A stretch of 52,011 nt of DNA, filler included, from Catajapyx aquilonaris (Eukaryota), in assembly GCA_000934665.2 (NCBI GenBank). It is 2 parts of 2 records of this genome, joined end to end, with 100 filler letters (N's around TTAATTAATTAA, not from the genome) between each part and the next. Parts side by side here need not be neighbours in the genome. Positions count along the whole stretch, not along the records: positions 1 to 25,964 come from JYFJ02005285.1; 1 more part is not named here. One strand, given 5' to 3'. Below, one piece after another: positions 13,901 to 23,770 of this stretch. The position numbers were made by a program, and so were the translations under genes. A model generated the notes under the pieces. The model had not been told where the DNA came from and did not search any database. It was given only the letters and a program-made list of their open reading frames with translations. The number at the start of each line of letters is the position of its first letter. Positions within the stretch are counted from its first letter, which is position 1.

Positions 13901-16900
13901 ATTGATGGAAAATTATTTTTCGTTCAACGTGCCATTACCCCAGTTACGATTGTGGATAAATTTAAAGAACAACTCAATGTCAGTGTATCAATTGGGGAAC
14001 AAAATTTCTTTTGATTCTGAAAAAATGTGTGATTGGTGCAACATGGGTCAATGTCTTACGCAACATCATTTATTATTTGAATGTCAAATATTTTCAACCC
14101 CAAGGACAAAATTTCTTAGCAATGTCATTCGTTGTCCTCCTGATCGGATGTATTTACTATACGCAGATTGTACTAGACCACTTCTTTTGGGTATCTTTAA
14201 TTTTTTTCAACATGTTAGTAAATTTATGTCCTTTTGTACGATGTAGTGTGTCCCCCCATAGGAGCCCTGCTCCAGGCCGGGGTAATCAAATAAATAAATA
14301 AATAAAATAAATACTCGTATGGTAAAATGTATTCCACGGCTTTAATTGACATTAGAAGTATTTGAACAGTTATGGGTAAGTGACATGCAGAAGCAGAAGC
14401 ACTCAATACTGGAGGTCAGTCGGTAGCCTGGCAGTACATCATTATCGATAATATTTTCTTTCTCAAAAACGAAGCAAAATTGTTCGTTTAAATTTATGGG
14501 CAAGTTAGATATATGTCAGTAGTGTCATTGTACATTTTTACGTAATTTTCAAAAATACATTTTTTGAAATGTCAAAGGTCATGGATTTTGACCCCCATAA
14601 AAACGTTTTGAAACATAGCTTTTTAAAAATTTAAAATATAGATTGCAAAGTAGTTCCCTTTCCTAAAAATTTGATACTAAAATAATTAAGGTAAGATAAA
14701 TAACTACTCAGGAATAAATTCATTTCGAAACACGTGTATTCGGTTTTTGGAATTTTTCATTTGCTTGTAACTTGTGAACTATTGACCCCAAGATTCAAGA
14801 ATGTATATGTTATATTTCATTGTTATGGTGTAAGTTTATGTTCCAATTTTCAGTTTTATTAAAAAATAGAGGGGGTGAATCTTTGGGTGATCTCACATGG
14901 AATTACCCTCTCATGCTACACCGGCAGGGTACTGAACACACCACTGTACAGTAGTACACTACGTTGTACAGTACCCTGCCGGTGTAGCATGAGAGCGCCT
15001 TTTTCAGTGCAACCCGCGAGGCTAAAAACCCATCAACCAGGTTCAACCCAATGCATTTGCCATGCATTTGCCTTGCATTTGCCACTCCGCGCCAGTCAAT
15101 TCGAACAGAAAGTAGGACGTGACGTCACGCTGTACCGCCGTAATAAATAAATTGATTTCTGCCGTATTTCTAATTTTTTTTATGTGTGCGGGGCAGCAGA
15201 AGTGGCCTTAGGGACTGTGCAGATGGGACGGACCGCAGTGGGACGTTTCCAGGGGCGGGGGGCATCCCTTGAAGATGCCCAACTACGTACAGGCCACCAC
15301 GGCAGATTGATCCAAGTCGCCCAAAGCCGCCATCTTTGCTTTGGGCGACTGGCACAAACCCCTAGCACAAACTGGCTTCACTTTTTCTTAGCAGTTATGT
15401 ATCTAGAAGTTATATATAGCAGATATCTTTGGGTAGGTTGGTGCAGCTTGCCCTTGGGTTGGTCGGACCACACTACTTGTAGTGCAAACTTTGCACCTGG
15501 ACAGTGGCAGGGAGTTTTCATCTATACTTTGCTGGTTTGCCTTTAGGCATCCTCTCATATAATGCCTAGTCAATGCATGAAATTATAATCATTTCATACT
15601 TTGCCGGCCCATTTTAGGCATCGTATATAATGCCTAGGCATTATTAAAGATGTCGGATTTCACACATTGCTGGTAACATATACATTACCAAAAACTTCCT
15701 GCGACACCCCTGCAGGTAGCTGATTATTTTAACACAATCATAATGATCACATGTGTTCATTAGCAGTCTTACTGGGACAGAGACGTATCAAACTTGTCCT
15801 CCCCTTTCTTCCCTCCACCCCAAACTGAATTGCTGGCTATCATGTTAACAGGCACATGCTACCTTATGTTTCTCATGATATATCCTACCTGAAGATGTTT
15901 CCTCCCTGTTACAGCGGATGACCCAGTGAAGGTAACCGATGTTCAAGAGACATGTGACATGTTCAGAGGAATTGTAGACCCTGAAGACTGCCTCTTCAGG
16001 GCTACTCTGTCTGATGTAGAGATTTTCCACAATGCAGTGACCACTTTGCCTGCATCTCGGAAGCATGATGTCTGCATCGCAGACCACTCCAGACGCCTAG
16101 GAAAGAAGCACAAGTCTTCTGAGAAGAAGGGGGGTGCACATATTGGGTCCCACAGTCAAGTTATTGAGCCCTCTCTCCTACTGAAGACTCTAACATTGTC
16201 TGCTTGTAATGATGGATACAACTTGGAGCGCCTAGAAATGGTAGGGGATTCATTCCTCAAATTTGCAGTGTCAGTCCACCTTTTCTGTGTCTACAAGAGC
16301 GATAATGAAGGAAAGCTCAGCACTCGCAGGATGCGTCTCATTAAAAATAAGTTTTTATACAAGCTAGGGAAGATGAAGGGTTTGCCTGGATATATCAATT
16401 CCCACTCATTTGACCCAAGGCACTGCTGGACACCACCTGGATTCAAAGTAAGTGAAACTCCTAAGCCCATGGCTTATGCATGACTTGCAATTGAAAGAAA
16501 GCTTGGATTATTATTATTATTATCTGAGTTACAATCAATCAATGGTTCATAAGATCATAACTATTGCCCATTATTAGAAGATTAGAAGAATTAGAAGATA
16601 TGCTTAAAGTATTACACATCTAAATACAGGGTGAAGGGAAACTCACGGACAGTCACCAGGTAGACTGGTAGTACTCGTAAAACTAATATAGGGATGTGCA
16701 ATTTGTTTTGGGCTCCGTTGCATAGTTAATGCTTACGGCACTGTCAAAGTACATCCGTTCTGCCAGCTATAAAGAAGCAAAAGCCGTCTCAAGGGCCTCT
16801 GGTCCCTTGCCTTGGTCCCCTAACACATAGTCCATGTGCAATAGGTGATCAAATCTTGTCAGAGTAAGAATTCGGGTACAACACCCGTGCACTTTGTCGT

Positions 16901-19900
16901 TTTTACCTGGTATTTTACCATCCGGCCCTCCACACTTGAAAGGTGCTGTGCACATTAACTACGCAACGGTGTCAAACACTAATTGCACATCCCTAAATTA
17001 GTTTTGCGAGTACTATAAGTCTACCTGGTGATTGTCCGCGAGTTTCCCTTCACTCTGTATATAAACGAAGGTCAATGAAATGTAGCGTGATGATAATACG
17101 TAGCAAACCACACTAATCCTAAACCAAGTCACTAAGCATGACACTAGCTCAGCACCAAATATGTCCATGAACTATGGGATATTGCCTCACATTACGTTTC
17201 ATTTGAGAACACCCCTTATACCAGTGGTTCTTAAACTTTTGCTGTTGCACCTCACTTGGGGAAAATCATACAACCCACACCTCCCATGGTTGCGGCCTAA
17301 ACTTTAGGTTTAGGCAGCATAAGTTTTGGCTAGTTACTAATACTCGATCGTTCTAGAATTTTGTGTAACTGACATTATGGATGAAACTATTTCTTGTGGG
17401 GCAATTCACACCTTCCCTGGAGTCTATCTACACCTCCTCTGGGGAGGTGTACCCCACAGTTTAAGAATCCCTGCCATATACTAACATTATCATCAGATAA
17501 CTCTTAAGAAACATAGCAAACTTCTTTTTTATCCCTTCACATCAGTTTTCGGACAGAGGTTGCCATGTTGGATTTGTGGGTTGTTGGGTTTTTGCGTGAG
17601 AGGATGTGCCAGAAAATATGGCATATGGGTTGTCATCTAGTCTGTGTTGCCATCTTGTGCATGATATGTGAACTTGGAGTATACCAAACTGTTTGTCATG
17701 TGTTTTACGTAGTTGTTAGGTGTTCAGGTGAATTAAGATTTTCCACCACACCCCTCATGTCGCACACGTACTCAACATTCTGACACAATTTTCGTATCAT
17801 TGCACCAGGGCATGTCTTATACGTGAAAATACGAATATGCATGTTTGTTTTCATGTGTGTAGGTTCAATGCTTCTTGGCTATGTTAAAAACTTTCTGAAC
17901 CCCCATTGTAATTATGCTTATGGACAGGATCTATTATTATTATTATTATTGTCACATGAGTGTGACACTTGCAAAATGTAGAGTAGCACCATCATTGCTG
18001 TGAATTTCTACTGTATGCTGCTGTGTTTTCTGTCTTTCTTGTTAGCCTCCAGTAGCCCTTGAAGACATTCTTCTGGAACTGGGCTTAAATTATGCCATAC
18101 TTCAAGAATTTGAAGCTGCAGAACTATTTGAATTTAACCCTCAGCAGCTTCGATACCTGGTGGATTGTGTATCAGAAAGTATGACTGAGGACACACCAGG
18201 GAAAGTTGAGAACTATCGAGTTGGTGGAACCACTCGCTTCTTTCATCACCATAGCGTATCAGATAAGAGTGTGGCTGATTGTGTGGAAGCCATGACAGGA
18301 GCTCATCTGTTGGCATGTGGGAGTGATGCTGCCCTCAATTTTCTGTCCTGGCTTGGCATGCGGGACACGGGTATTGAAGGAAGGGAGATTTCATTGTGCC
18401 ACACACCACCAACAGCTGTTGTTAACCACCACAAAATGGGAATTGACAAGGATGAGGAGATCAGGAGTTATATTTATAGGTTGGATAGACTTGAGGAAAG
18501 CATTGGCTACAAGTTCAATGATGTCAGCTTTCTACTTCAAGCTGTCACCCATCCTTCATTCTTCCAAAATCGAATTACAGACTGCTACCAGCGGCTGGAA
18601 TTTTTGGGCGATGCTGTTCTGGGTATGTATGCAAACTTATCACTCAGGATTGTGCTATTGTGATGCAAAGTAGTGATTTCAGTACATTTATGGAATGGAG
18701 TATGACTAGTATGACATCAGCTAATTATAAATGTGCATTGATCTGCTTGTGGAGGAAGAGTTGGGATTGGTTCTCTTCAGGCTAGTGTGGCTTTTGTCAA
18801 GGTTTCACATTCTCCCTTTACAAATAATCCATGAATGTTGAGGTTATGAATGATTAGATGAGTGTTTTTAAGATCCCCAAATGCTGAGATGCACAATCGT
18901 GGGTTTTGCATGAAAACTGATTGATAGACCACACTTGAAGAGGCCTATCACAGAGTATATACACTTCTACCCTATTATCTATCATAAATGATTATGTTTT
19001 GTCCAGGTGTTGTAACATCCTTTCTTTTGTTGTTACACAGATTACTTGATAACTCGTCACATTTACGAGGATGGGCCCAATCTTACCCCTGGGCAGCTGA
19101 CTGACCTTCGTTCTGCCCTAGTGAACAACATAACGTTTGCCTCCATAGCTGTGCGAGAAGGACTCCATAAATATTTGCGACATTCTTCCTCTGAACTTCA
19201 GAAAATTATAGACAGATTTGTGCTTTACCAGGAAGAGAGTGGGCATGAAGTTACAGGCCATGTAAGTACTGTTTCATGCTTTTCATGCATGAACTGAAGG
19301 TGCAAATGAAGGGTTTGCGGGTTTTCAGTTTGAGCTTGTGTGTGAAGATGAGGACATTGCTGGCGAAATAGAAGTACCAAAGGTTCTTGGAGACCTCTTT
19401 GAATCATTAGTTGGTGCCATTTTTCTTGACTGTGGAATGTCCCTCAATAACGTGTGGGAGGTCGTCAAATGTTTGATGAATAGAGAGATAACCAAGTTCA
19501 CAAGGGATGTACCCATATCACCTCTCAGAGAACTGCATGAGCGATATCCCAATGGACTGGACATAAGGTGAGAACTCAGATCCAATTGTTATAAGTCCAT
19601 CTTTATTTATATAAACCAGAAAGTTCGTTTGTATTTATGCCTGGACTACTGAAAAAGCATAAACTTGTGACACAGGTGGCTTACGTGCTCCTGATTGAGG
19701 GAAAAGCCCCGAAAAGTAACTTCAAAATAATCTGAATCTATGAAGTGGAGGACAAATGTGGTTCGAAACTGACATTTCTTTGTGCATTCTCTCTTTGGCA
19801 GGAAAGTTGATTACGAGGAGTATGAAAAAGAGGGCTTTGAGGTGGTCCGCATATCTGTCCTTCATGGAAGAAAGAACTGTGTCTTTCATGGCCTAGGAAA

Positions 19901-19961
19901 GGGAAAGCAGAGTGCCATGGCAGCAGCTGCAAAGTTGGCCTTGAGGAAACTTAAAAAATAG
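998..19961 (+). CDS. Dcr-2: Dicer (Dicer-2-like) ribonuclease III, 3' part; helicase exons lie upstream of the window
   Basis: Ten GT-AG exons with matching phases: 998-1523, 8169-8385, 8444-8616, 10557-10765, 10908-11269, 15915-16447, 18046-18622, 19041-19261, 19329-19567, 19802-19961 (TAG). Motifs: DUF283 YCNLLPQDRF, PAZ YNDYFKEKY...QPMVEV...LVPELC, RNase IIIa ERLEMVGDSFLK / DKSVADCVEA, RNase IIIb QRLEFLGDAVLDY / PKVLGDLFES, dsRBD GLGKGKQSAMAAAAKLAL. Dicer-2 rather than Dicer-1 is inferred from the short RNase IIIa insert and overall divergence. Confidence 0.93.
1633..1961 (+). mobile_element. tRNA-derived SINE with V-SINE-like central domain and (ATT)n tail
   Basis: A box tggccgagtgg, B box gagttcgatcc, central gggttttctcggggttctcccgtttcctccca, (ATT)n tail from about 1888; 15-bp TSD tattaaatagtaaag at 1618-1632 and 1962-1976. 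Confidence 0.85.
2053..3453. mobile_element. piggyBac-like non-autonomous element
   Basis: TTAA on both sides (2049-2052, 3454-3457); 15-bp terminal inverted repeats (TIRs) ccctatgtctcccgc / gcgggagacaaaggg with 1 mismatch. Confidence 0.75.
2266..3191. mobile_element. GC-rich MITE (PIF/Harbinger-like) nested in the piggyBac-like element
   Basis: TIR ggggaggattcacaaaagagcgcaa and its reverse complement at about 3167-3191; flanks CTG/CAG (CWG); subterminal copies at about 2367 and 3083. Confidence 0.7.
4361..5050. mobile_element. MITE with 17-bp perfect TIR, family unclear
   Basis: aatggggaactagcctt (4361-4377) versus aaggctagttccccatt (5034-5050); no convincing TSD. Confidence 0.45.
5765..6341. 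mobile_element. mariner-derived MITE with long (about 150 bp) inverted arms
   Basis: cgaggcgtgtccagaaagtaagttc ... gaacttactttctggacgcgccacg+TA; the arms share acacatctgaaattgacaactgtctac. Confidence 0.8.
6350..6950. mobile_element. Tc1/mariner-type foldback MITE
   Basis: TA-caggggt...acccctg-TA; outer arms about 125 bp, plus an inner inverted pair (6475-6530 / 6571-6630) around a (CA)n loop. Confidence 0.85.
7531..7680. mobile_element. Tc1/mariner-like MITE end; related copy at about 8948-9075
   Basis: Both copies begin tacag.g..ttccaagtat..agtccttt and share ttgcacccc.atc.agg.gcc. Confidence 0.45.
8169..8616 (+). CDS. Dcr-2: Dicer exons 8169-8385 and 8444-8616 (platform region, 58-nt intron)
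   Basis: VCKFPLYSKYG...LIVPL, then DIDWEIV...DAVVIPWYR; splice phases match. Confidence 0.88.
8693..8839. mobile_element. Short palindromic PIF/Harbinger-like MITE
   Basis: Arms of about 55 bp (gttttctcgaacagtggttcaaatgtaaacc and reverse complement); TTA on both sides (8690-8692, 8840-8842). Confidence 0.8.
9430..10352 (-). mobile_element. Decayed, internally deleted mariner transposon
   Basis: TA-flanked imperfect TIRs (ttcaaatatga / tcatatttgaa); ORF 9960-10184 (-) MEQHIVIRFL...SRTHVFEWCKAFRKG resembles the mariner HTH. Confidence 0.8.
10557..11269 (+). CDS. Dcr-2: Dicer exons 10557-10765 and 10908-11269 (PAZ and connector helix)
   Basis: TPCSPFP...YNDYFKEKY...QPMVEV; HLVPELCCVHPMPAS...PSALYR. 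Confidence 0.9.
12275..12650 (-). mobile_element. GC-rich MITE fragment abutting a DNA-transposase fragment (Sola2-like, tentative)
   Basis: Minus-strand WNFFASCHGKGPCDRIGGTVKR at about 12550-12620 resembles a DD(D/E)-transposase third-acidic-residue motif; ggggccgtgcagacggg terminus at 12276. Confidence 0.45.
12732..14311 (+). mobile_element. 5'-truncated non-LTR retrotransposon (LINE) with open RT and C-terminal CCHC region; RTE-X-like (tentative)
   Basis: ORF to 14246: FLDLTKAFDNV, GVLQGEVLSPLLF, LIFADD, YKYLG, CDWC...HHLLFEC; (AAAT)n tail; 11-bp TSD tactcgtatgg at 12721-12731 and 14312-14322. Confidence 0.92.
14908..14995. repeat. Perfect 27-bp inverted repeat (88-nt hairpin)
   Basis: ctctcatgctacaccggcagggtactg (14908-14934) and its exact reverse complement (14969-14995). 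Confidence 0.9.
15915..16447 (+). CDS. Dcr-2: Dicer exon: RNase IIIa N-terminal half
   Basis: LTLSACNDGYNLERLEMVGDSFLKF...WTPPGF; donor AAA|gtaagt. Confidence 0.92.
16627..17057. mobile_element. Tc1/mariner-type MITE with about 105-bp TIRs
   Basis: TA-cagggtgaagggaaactc ... gagtttcccttcactctg-TA. Confidence 0.85.
17222..17473. mobile_element. hAT (Charlie-like) MITE
   Basis: TIR cagtggttcttaaact / agtttaagaatccctg; 8-bp TSD ccttatac / ccatatac with 1 mismatch. Confidence 0.8.
18046..18622 (+). CDS. Dcr-2: Dicer exon: RNase IIIa C-terminal half and start of RNase IIIb
   Basis: SDKSVADCVEAMTGA...LLQAVTHPS...CYQRLEFLGDAVL. Confidence 0.92.
19041..19961 (+). CDS. Dcr-2: Dicer terminal exons 19041-19261, 19329-19567, 19802-19961 (RNase IIIb and dsRBD)
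   Basis: TPGQLTDLRSALVNN, EVPKVLGDLFESLVGAIFLD, VPISPLRELHE, AAAKLALRKLKK*; AATAAA at 20050-20055. Confidence 0.92.
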
Positions 19962-20075
19962 CTAATCAAGGGTTCCTGTGTTGTGTGAAGAGAGTTTGTC
20001 TTACCTAGCTGCTGACTCTTTGTGATGACAGGTGTAGTAATATCTACCAAATAAAGCAAATTGATAATGCGATTG

Positions 20076-20731
20076 ACAGGTAAATTGCTTTCTATGGTGT
20101 GCGAGGGGGCGCTCGATCTCTCTGATTTGGAACTGCGAGCCTTGCCACAAAAATATACAGATCATCTCCGAGACCAGAGTTTGCAGTCGCTGGCGGTCTC
20201 GACCCGTTACACTCGCTATAGGGATTTTGTGTCACCCCAGCCGGCCTACTACTTGCAATACAGTTTGCCAATCAAAATTGCAAGACTAATGGCTAATCTT
20301 CGGAATGCTTCTACGAAGCTAAATCTTTCCGGATCACAGCTGAACTTTTCCTCGGAGGAAATCTGCACTTGGTGCAATGTAGGGGAATCATTTACTCTTC
20401 ATCATCTGTTTTTTTCGTGCCCTTTTTGTGTCACATCCTGCCACAACTGTTTGTTCAATATGCCCTCGTTCCCCCCCCCCCCNCCGAACGTCTTCACTGG
20501 CTATTCCTCAACACGCCTAAAGACGATGCATATAACTTGTTCAATTTCTTTGTGAATGTCATCAAGAGGATCAATATGTGTGCTGACTGATCTTTAATTG
20601 TGTTGATGTCGCAAGTTTCCCTCGAATGGTTTCTTGTTTTGTTTTTTGTAGTCTAGAGTGTGTCCCCCAAAAAGGGCTCTGCCCTGGAAAGGGGTATCGT
20701 AAATAAAAATAAATAAATAAATAAATAAAAA
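20076..20731 (+). mobile_element. Short 5'-truncated LINE, related to the intronic LINE
   Basis: C-terminal CTWCNVGESFTLHHLFFSC parallels CDWCNMGQCLTQHHLLFEC; (AAAT)n tail; 14-bp TSD tgataatgcgattg at 20062-20075 and 20732-20745. Confidence 0.85.
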
Positions 20732-20785
20732 TGATAATGCGATTGCAGGCAACTAATGATCTTTTTTTTTTTGCATTACCCCATA

Positions 20786-21340
20786 TCTATCTTCTCTCTA
20801 ATATATATAAAGCCCCACGCCGAGGATATAGGAGGATGGAAAAGATCTCCCACTTCCCGAGGTCGTACAGACCTCGGACTTACGCCGTTGGATTCCTTGC
20901 ACCCGCTAACCTATTTTCAAAAATCCTCATAATCGCAAAATTCCCAGCCGTTTTGGAGATCGCCAAATTAAATGTAGACGCAAACCCGAGATCGCGAAAT
21001 TAATGTATACCGCCAACTCCCCCCGGATCCCCGAGAACAATGGACCACCCACTCCCCTCCACCCGCTTGTCACTCAACCCCACAGCTCAAACCGCTCAAA
21101 CCAAGCCGTTGCAACGATACGTCACAGATGGTCCCACCTGTCCACCCAAGCGCTGTTTGGAACGATACGTCAGAGAGGGCACGTTCGGAAACTCCTCATC
21201 GCTACCGGTGACGTCACTGATTTCTGTAACCGGATGGATTAGGCGGAACACGGGCATAGCGCCGAAGGCGCGCCAATTGGGGCGCAGCCCCAAGGGGGGG
21301 TGTGGGGGGGCGGAGCCCCCCCACCTCGCAAAGCGAGTTT
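20786..21340 (+). mobile_element. Possible non-autonomous Helitron-like element
   Basis: A|TC start followed by ctaatatatataaag; GC-rich hairpins near the 3' end (gcgccgaaggcgc, ggggggcggagcccccc, ctcgcaaagcgag); no clear CTRR end. Confidence 0.4.
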
Positions 21341-21643
21341 ATATACATGGGGGGTGGATTACCACCATCAGATTTTTTTTTTTTTGGAGCGAGTTAAGAA
21401 TAATCTTATTAGTATACTCCTAGGTAGTTAGGAGGGGATGTGCAAAGTGCGTGTGCGCGGGCGAGTAGTGGTCATTTTGTGAACTCCCCCGGGTGGCTTA
21501 GTCTATCAGAAATTGCCACCCGAAACGAAGCCAGAGATGGCCCAACTCTGCACGAAAGAAGGTGGGAACCCCGGGTGGGGATTGAACCCGGGACCTTAAC
21601 TTTCGTGGGCGCGCGTGTTACCGCGGTGCCACTCCGTCTCCCT
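21341..21643 (-). mobile_element. tRNA-derived SINE
   Basis: Reverse complement has a tRNA-like head (gtggcaccgcgg ... gggttcaatcccc), a body and an A-rich tract; no clear TSD. Confidence 0.6.
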
Positions 21644-21686
21644 CTAACTAATAATCAAATGACAATCATCATCATCATTAGCATTA

Positions 21687-21817
21687 TCCCTACGTATCCC
21701 AGGGGGATTGGTTCCAGGCCTTACAATAGAGACCAAAATCTGCGAATACTCAAGTCTCTGGTATAAAATACTGTAATATACGTTTATGACCTATCCACAT
21801 CCTCCCGTATACTTGAA
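21687..21817 (+). mobile_element. Tigger/pogo fragment resembling mammalian MER2
   Basis: gtatcccagggggattggttccagg...ccaaaatctgcgaatactcaagtc...tataaaat...acatcctcccgtatactt matches my recollection of the MER2 5' end. Confidence 0.6.
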
Positions 21818-21979
21818 CTTTTTCAGTTGTCTGGACGATACTGAATTACAGTAAAATCTCGATATAACACTCCTGCATATAGTTTTGTTCATTTGTGTGA
21901 GTATGGAGGGGGAAGGTGAAGAGAAACGATTTAGGTTTATTTATTTATTTGATTTTGTTACTATATATTATAGTATGTA

Positions 21980-22409
21980 CAGTGCTGGACACAACAGCAT
22001 ATAACAAGTGTAAACAACGGCTTTGGCGTTACCTGGCAACTGGTCGTGTTCGGACATCGTCATGTGGAGAGTGCTTAGCGTTCTTTCTGTCGTTGCTACT
22101 AGAACATCCCTCTCATCTTTCCGGCCATTCCGTAACTCCATCATCGTGGGAATGAGACAGTGACGATAGTGTGATAATAACGAATCGCCTTCTCAAAATA
22201 ATATCCCCCTCAGCCCGCTTATTCCGATGCCATTCATTGGTAAGCATGCACACACCCTTCGTCCCAGCATCAATCGCTACCTGTAAACAGTGGCAACGAC
22301 AGAAAGAACGCTAAGCACTCTCCACATGACGATGTCCGAACACGACCAGTTGCCAGGTAACGCCAAAGTCGTTGTTTACACTTGTTATATGCTATTGTGT
22401 CCAGCACTG
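21980..22409. mobile_element. Tc1-like MITE with about 118-bp near-identical TIRs
   Basis: TA-cagtgctggacacaa ... ttgtgtccagcactg-TA; arms differ at very few positions. Confidence 0.88.
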
Positions 22410-22411
22410 TA

Positions 22412-22511
22412 CTATATCGCTCAAAAAGATAGAGACGATTGGCATTTGATTCAAGTGCAAGTTGCACTTGAGTCAAATGCAAAGTCGTCTCTATCTTTTT
22501 GGGCGATATAG
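22412..22511. mobile_element. 100-bp hairpin MITE sharing a TA with the preceding element
   Basis: TA-ctatatcgctcaaaaagatagagacga ... tcgtctctatctttttgggcgatatag-TA; almost fully self-complementary. Confidence 0.85.
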
Positions 22512-22751
22512 TACATTTCCCCCAGGAGCAATAGAGTAGGCCTATGTGTTTTTTTTGTAGATACTGGATATTCTTGTCATTATTGTTTTGGTGAGTGTAA
22601 ATAAATAGGACTGAGGACAACTTTTCTGCCTATATTTCTTCTCAAAATAATGTCAGGTTTGCATTTATTAGTTTCAGGATGAGGTTAGGGCAGGTTAATA
22701 TGAATTAAAATAACTATGACTCCTTGAATTGGCATATGAAGACCCATCTAT

Positions 22752-23000
22752 AACGCATCCCGGCAATAACAGGGGCACAAGTCCAACAATGACGATTTTG
22801 ACTTATTACTAGAGCAGGGTTTCATGACCGTGTGCACATTCAGAATGCATATTCTGATAGAAAAAATTAATATTTAATAATTCTGATTATTCGAATGCTG
22901 CATCAATACCTGATTTATGATAACACTATACAACTTTCAAAGTTCTCTCCTGTGAAATTGACTTTTTGGACTTGTGCCCCTGTTATTGCCGGGGTGCGAT
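22752..23000. mobile_element. MITE with about 35-bp TIRs
   Basis: cccggcaataacaggggcacaagtccaa / ttggacttgtgcccctgttattgccggg. Confidence 0.75.
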
Positions 23001-23521
23001 TATTAAAATGCTTACGGACTTTGACCGAGCCCTCTGATTGGTCCGCCCTCGTATTATTGCCACCACCTCTTCCTATTGGCCCCCGTTCCGAGCATGCGCA
23101 GTGGTGGTGTAACACGACGTCCAGTTGCCTGCTGACCTCCTTGGGTGAAGGTCGCTTTTTCCCCGGTCTCTCCCGCCGTCATCGTCACCTGCCGGACCTT
23201 CTCGCTTCACCCCTTCCCCAGCCACCCTGCCCCCCCCCCCCCCCCCCCCCCCCCAACCCCNCCCCCCCCCCCCCCCCCCCCCTCGCCGCGGAGGGGCCGT
23301 GGTGGCTCATGTCAAGTATACCCAAGACATTCGCCGAATCAATTTGTTCGTAACCTAGCAACTTACGATTCGGACCTGAGTGATGACAATCCCATCTGTA
23401 ACCCATCTGTATTCTGATCAAGCTCGAGGAATTAATTCCCGGTCACTTCCCCGACTTCAAACCCAGAAGCAAAACAACGAATCAAGGGGTCGGCAAGCCG
23501 CAGGTATACTGTTTCCTAATT

Positions 23522-23770
23522 GAGTGGGTCAGAATAATAATGGCATATCCCAATCACAAATGTTTTTGAGATATTCGAGGTTTAAAGGTGTGCAGAATAA
23601 TACTTTTTAATGTAGTCATATCAATGTAAATGTGAATTTAATAGAAAGGTATGGCTCCAAGCTGGCTCCAACTTATGGAACTGATTCATTGATGTATCTT
23701 GCAATCACAGCCACCAAAAACTCAAATTCGACCCTTGGGTGGGATGTGCCGTTATTGTTCTGACCCACTC
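23522..23770. mobile_element. Sola-like MITE (GAG...CTC ends, AATT TSD) lying inside another inverted-repeat element
   Basis: AATT-gagtgggtcagaataataatggca ... tgccgttattgttctgacccactc-AATT; outer inverted pair at 23311-23344 / 23771-23802. Confidence 0.7.

Noticed and set aside
12711..14246. RT ORF as a domesticated gene or defence RT coupled to Dicer
   Set aside because: It is 5'-truncated, with a TSD and simple-repeat tail typical of an ordinary LINE insertion; the called start lies outside the element.
22895..23421. Poly-Pro/Gly ORFs
   Set aside because: They come from a poly-C tract containing an N, probably low-quality sequence.
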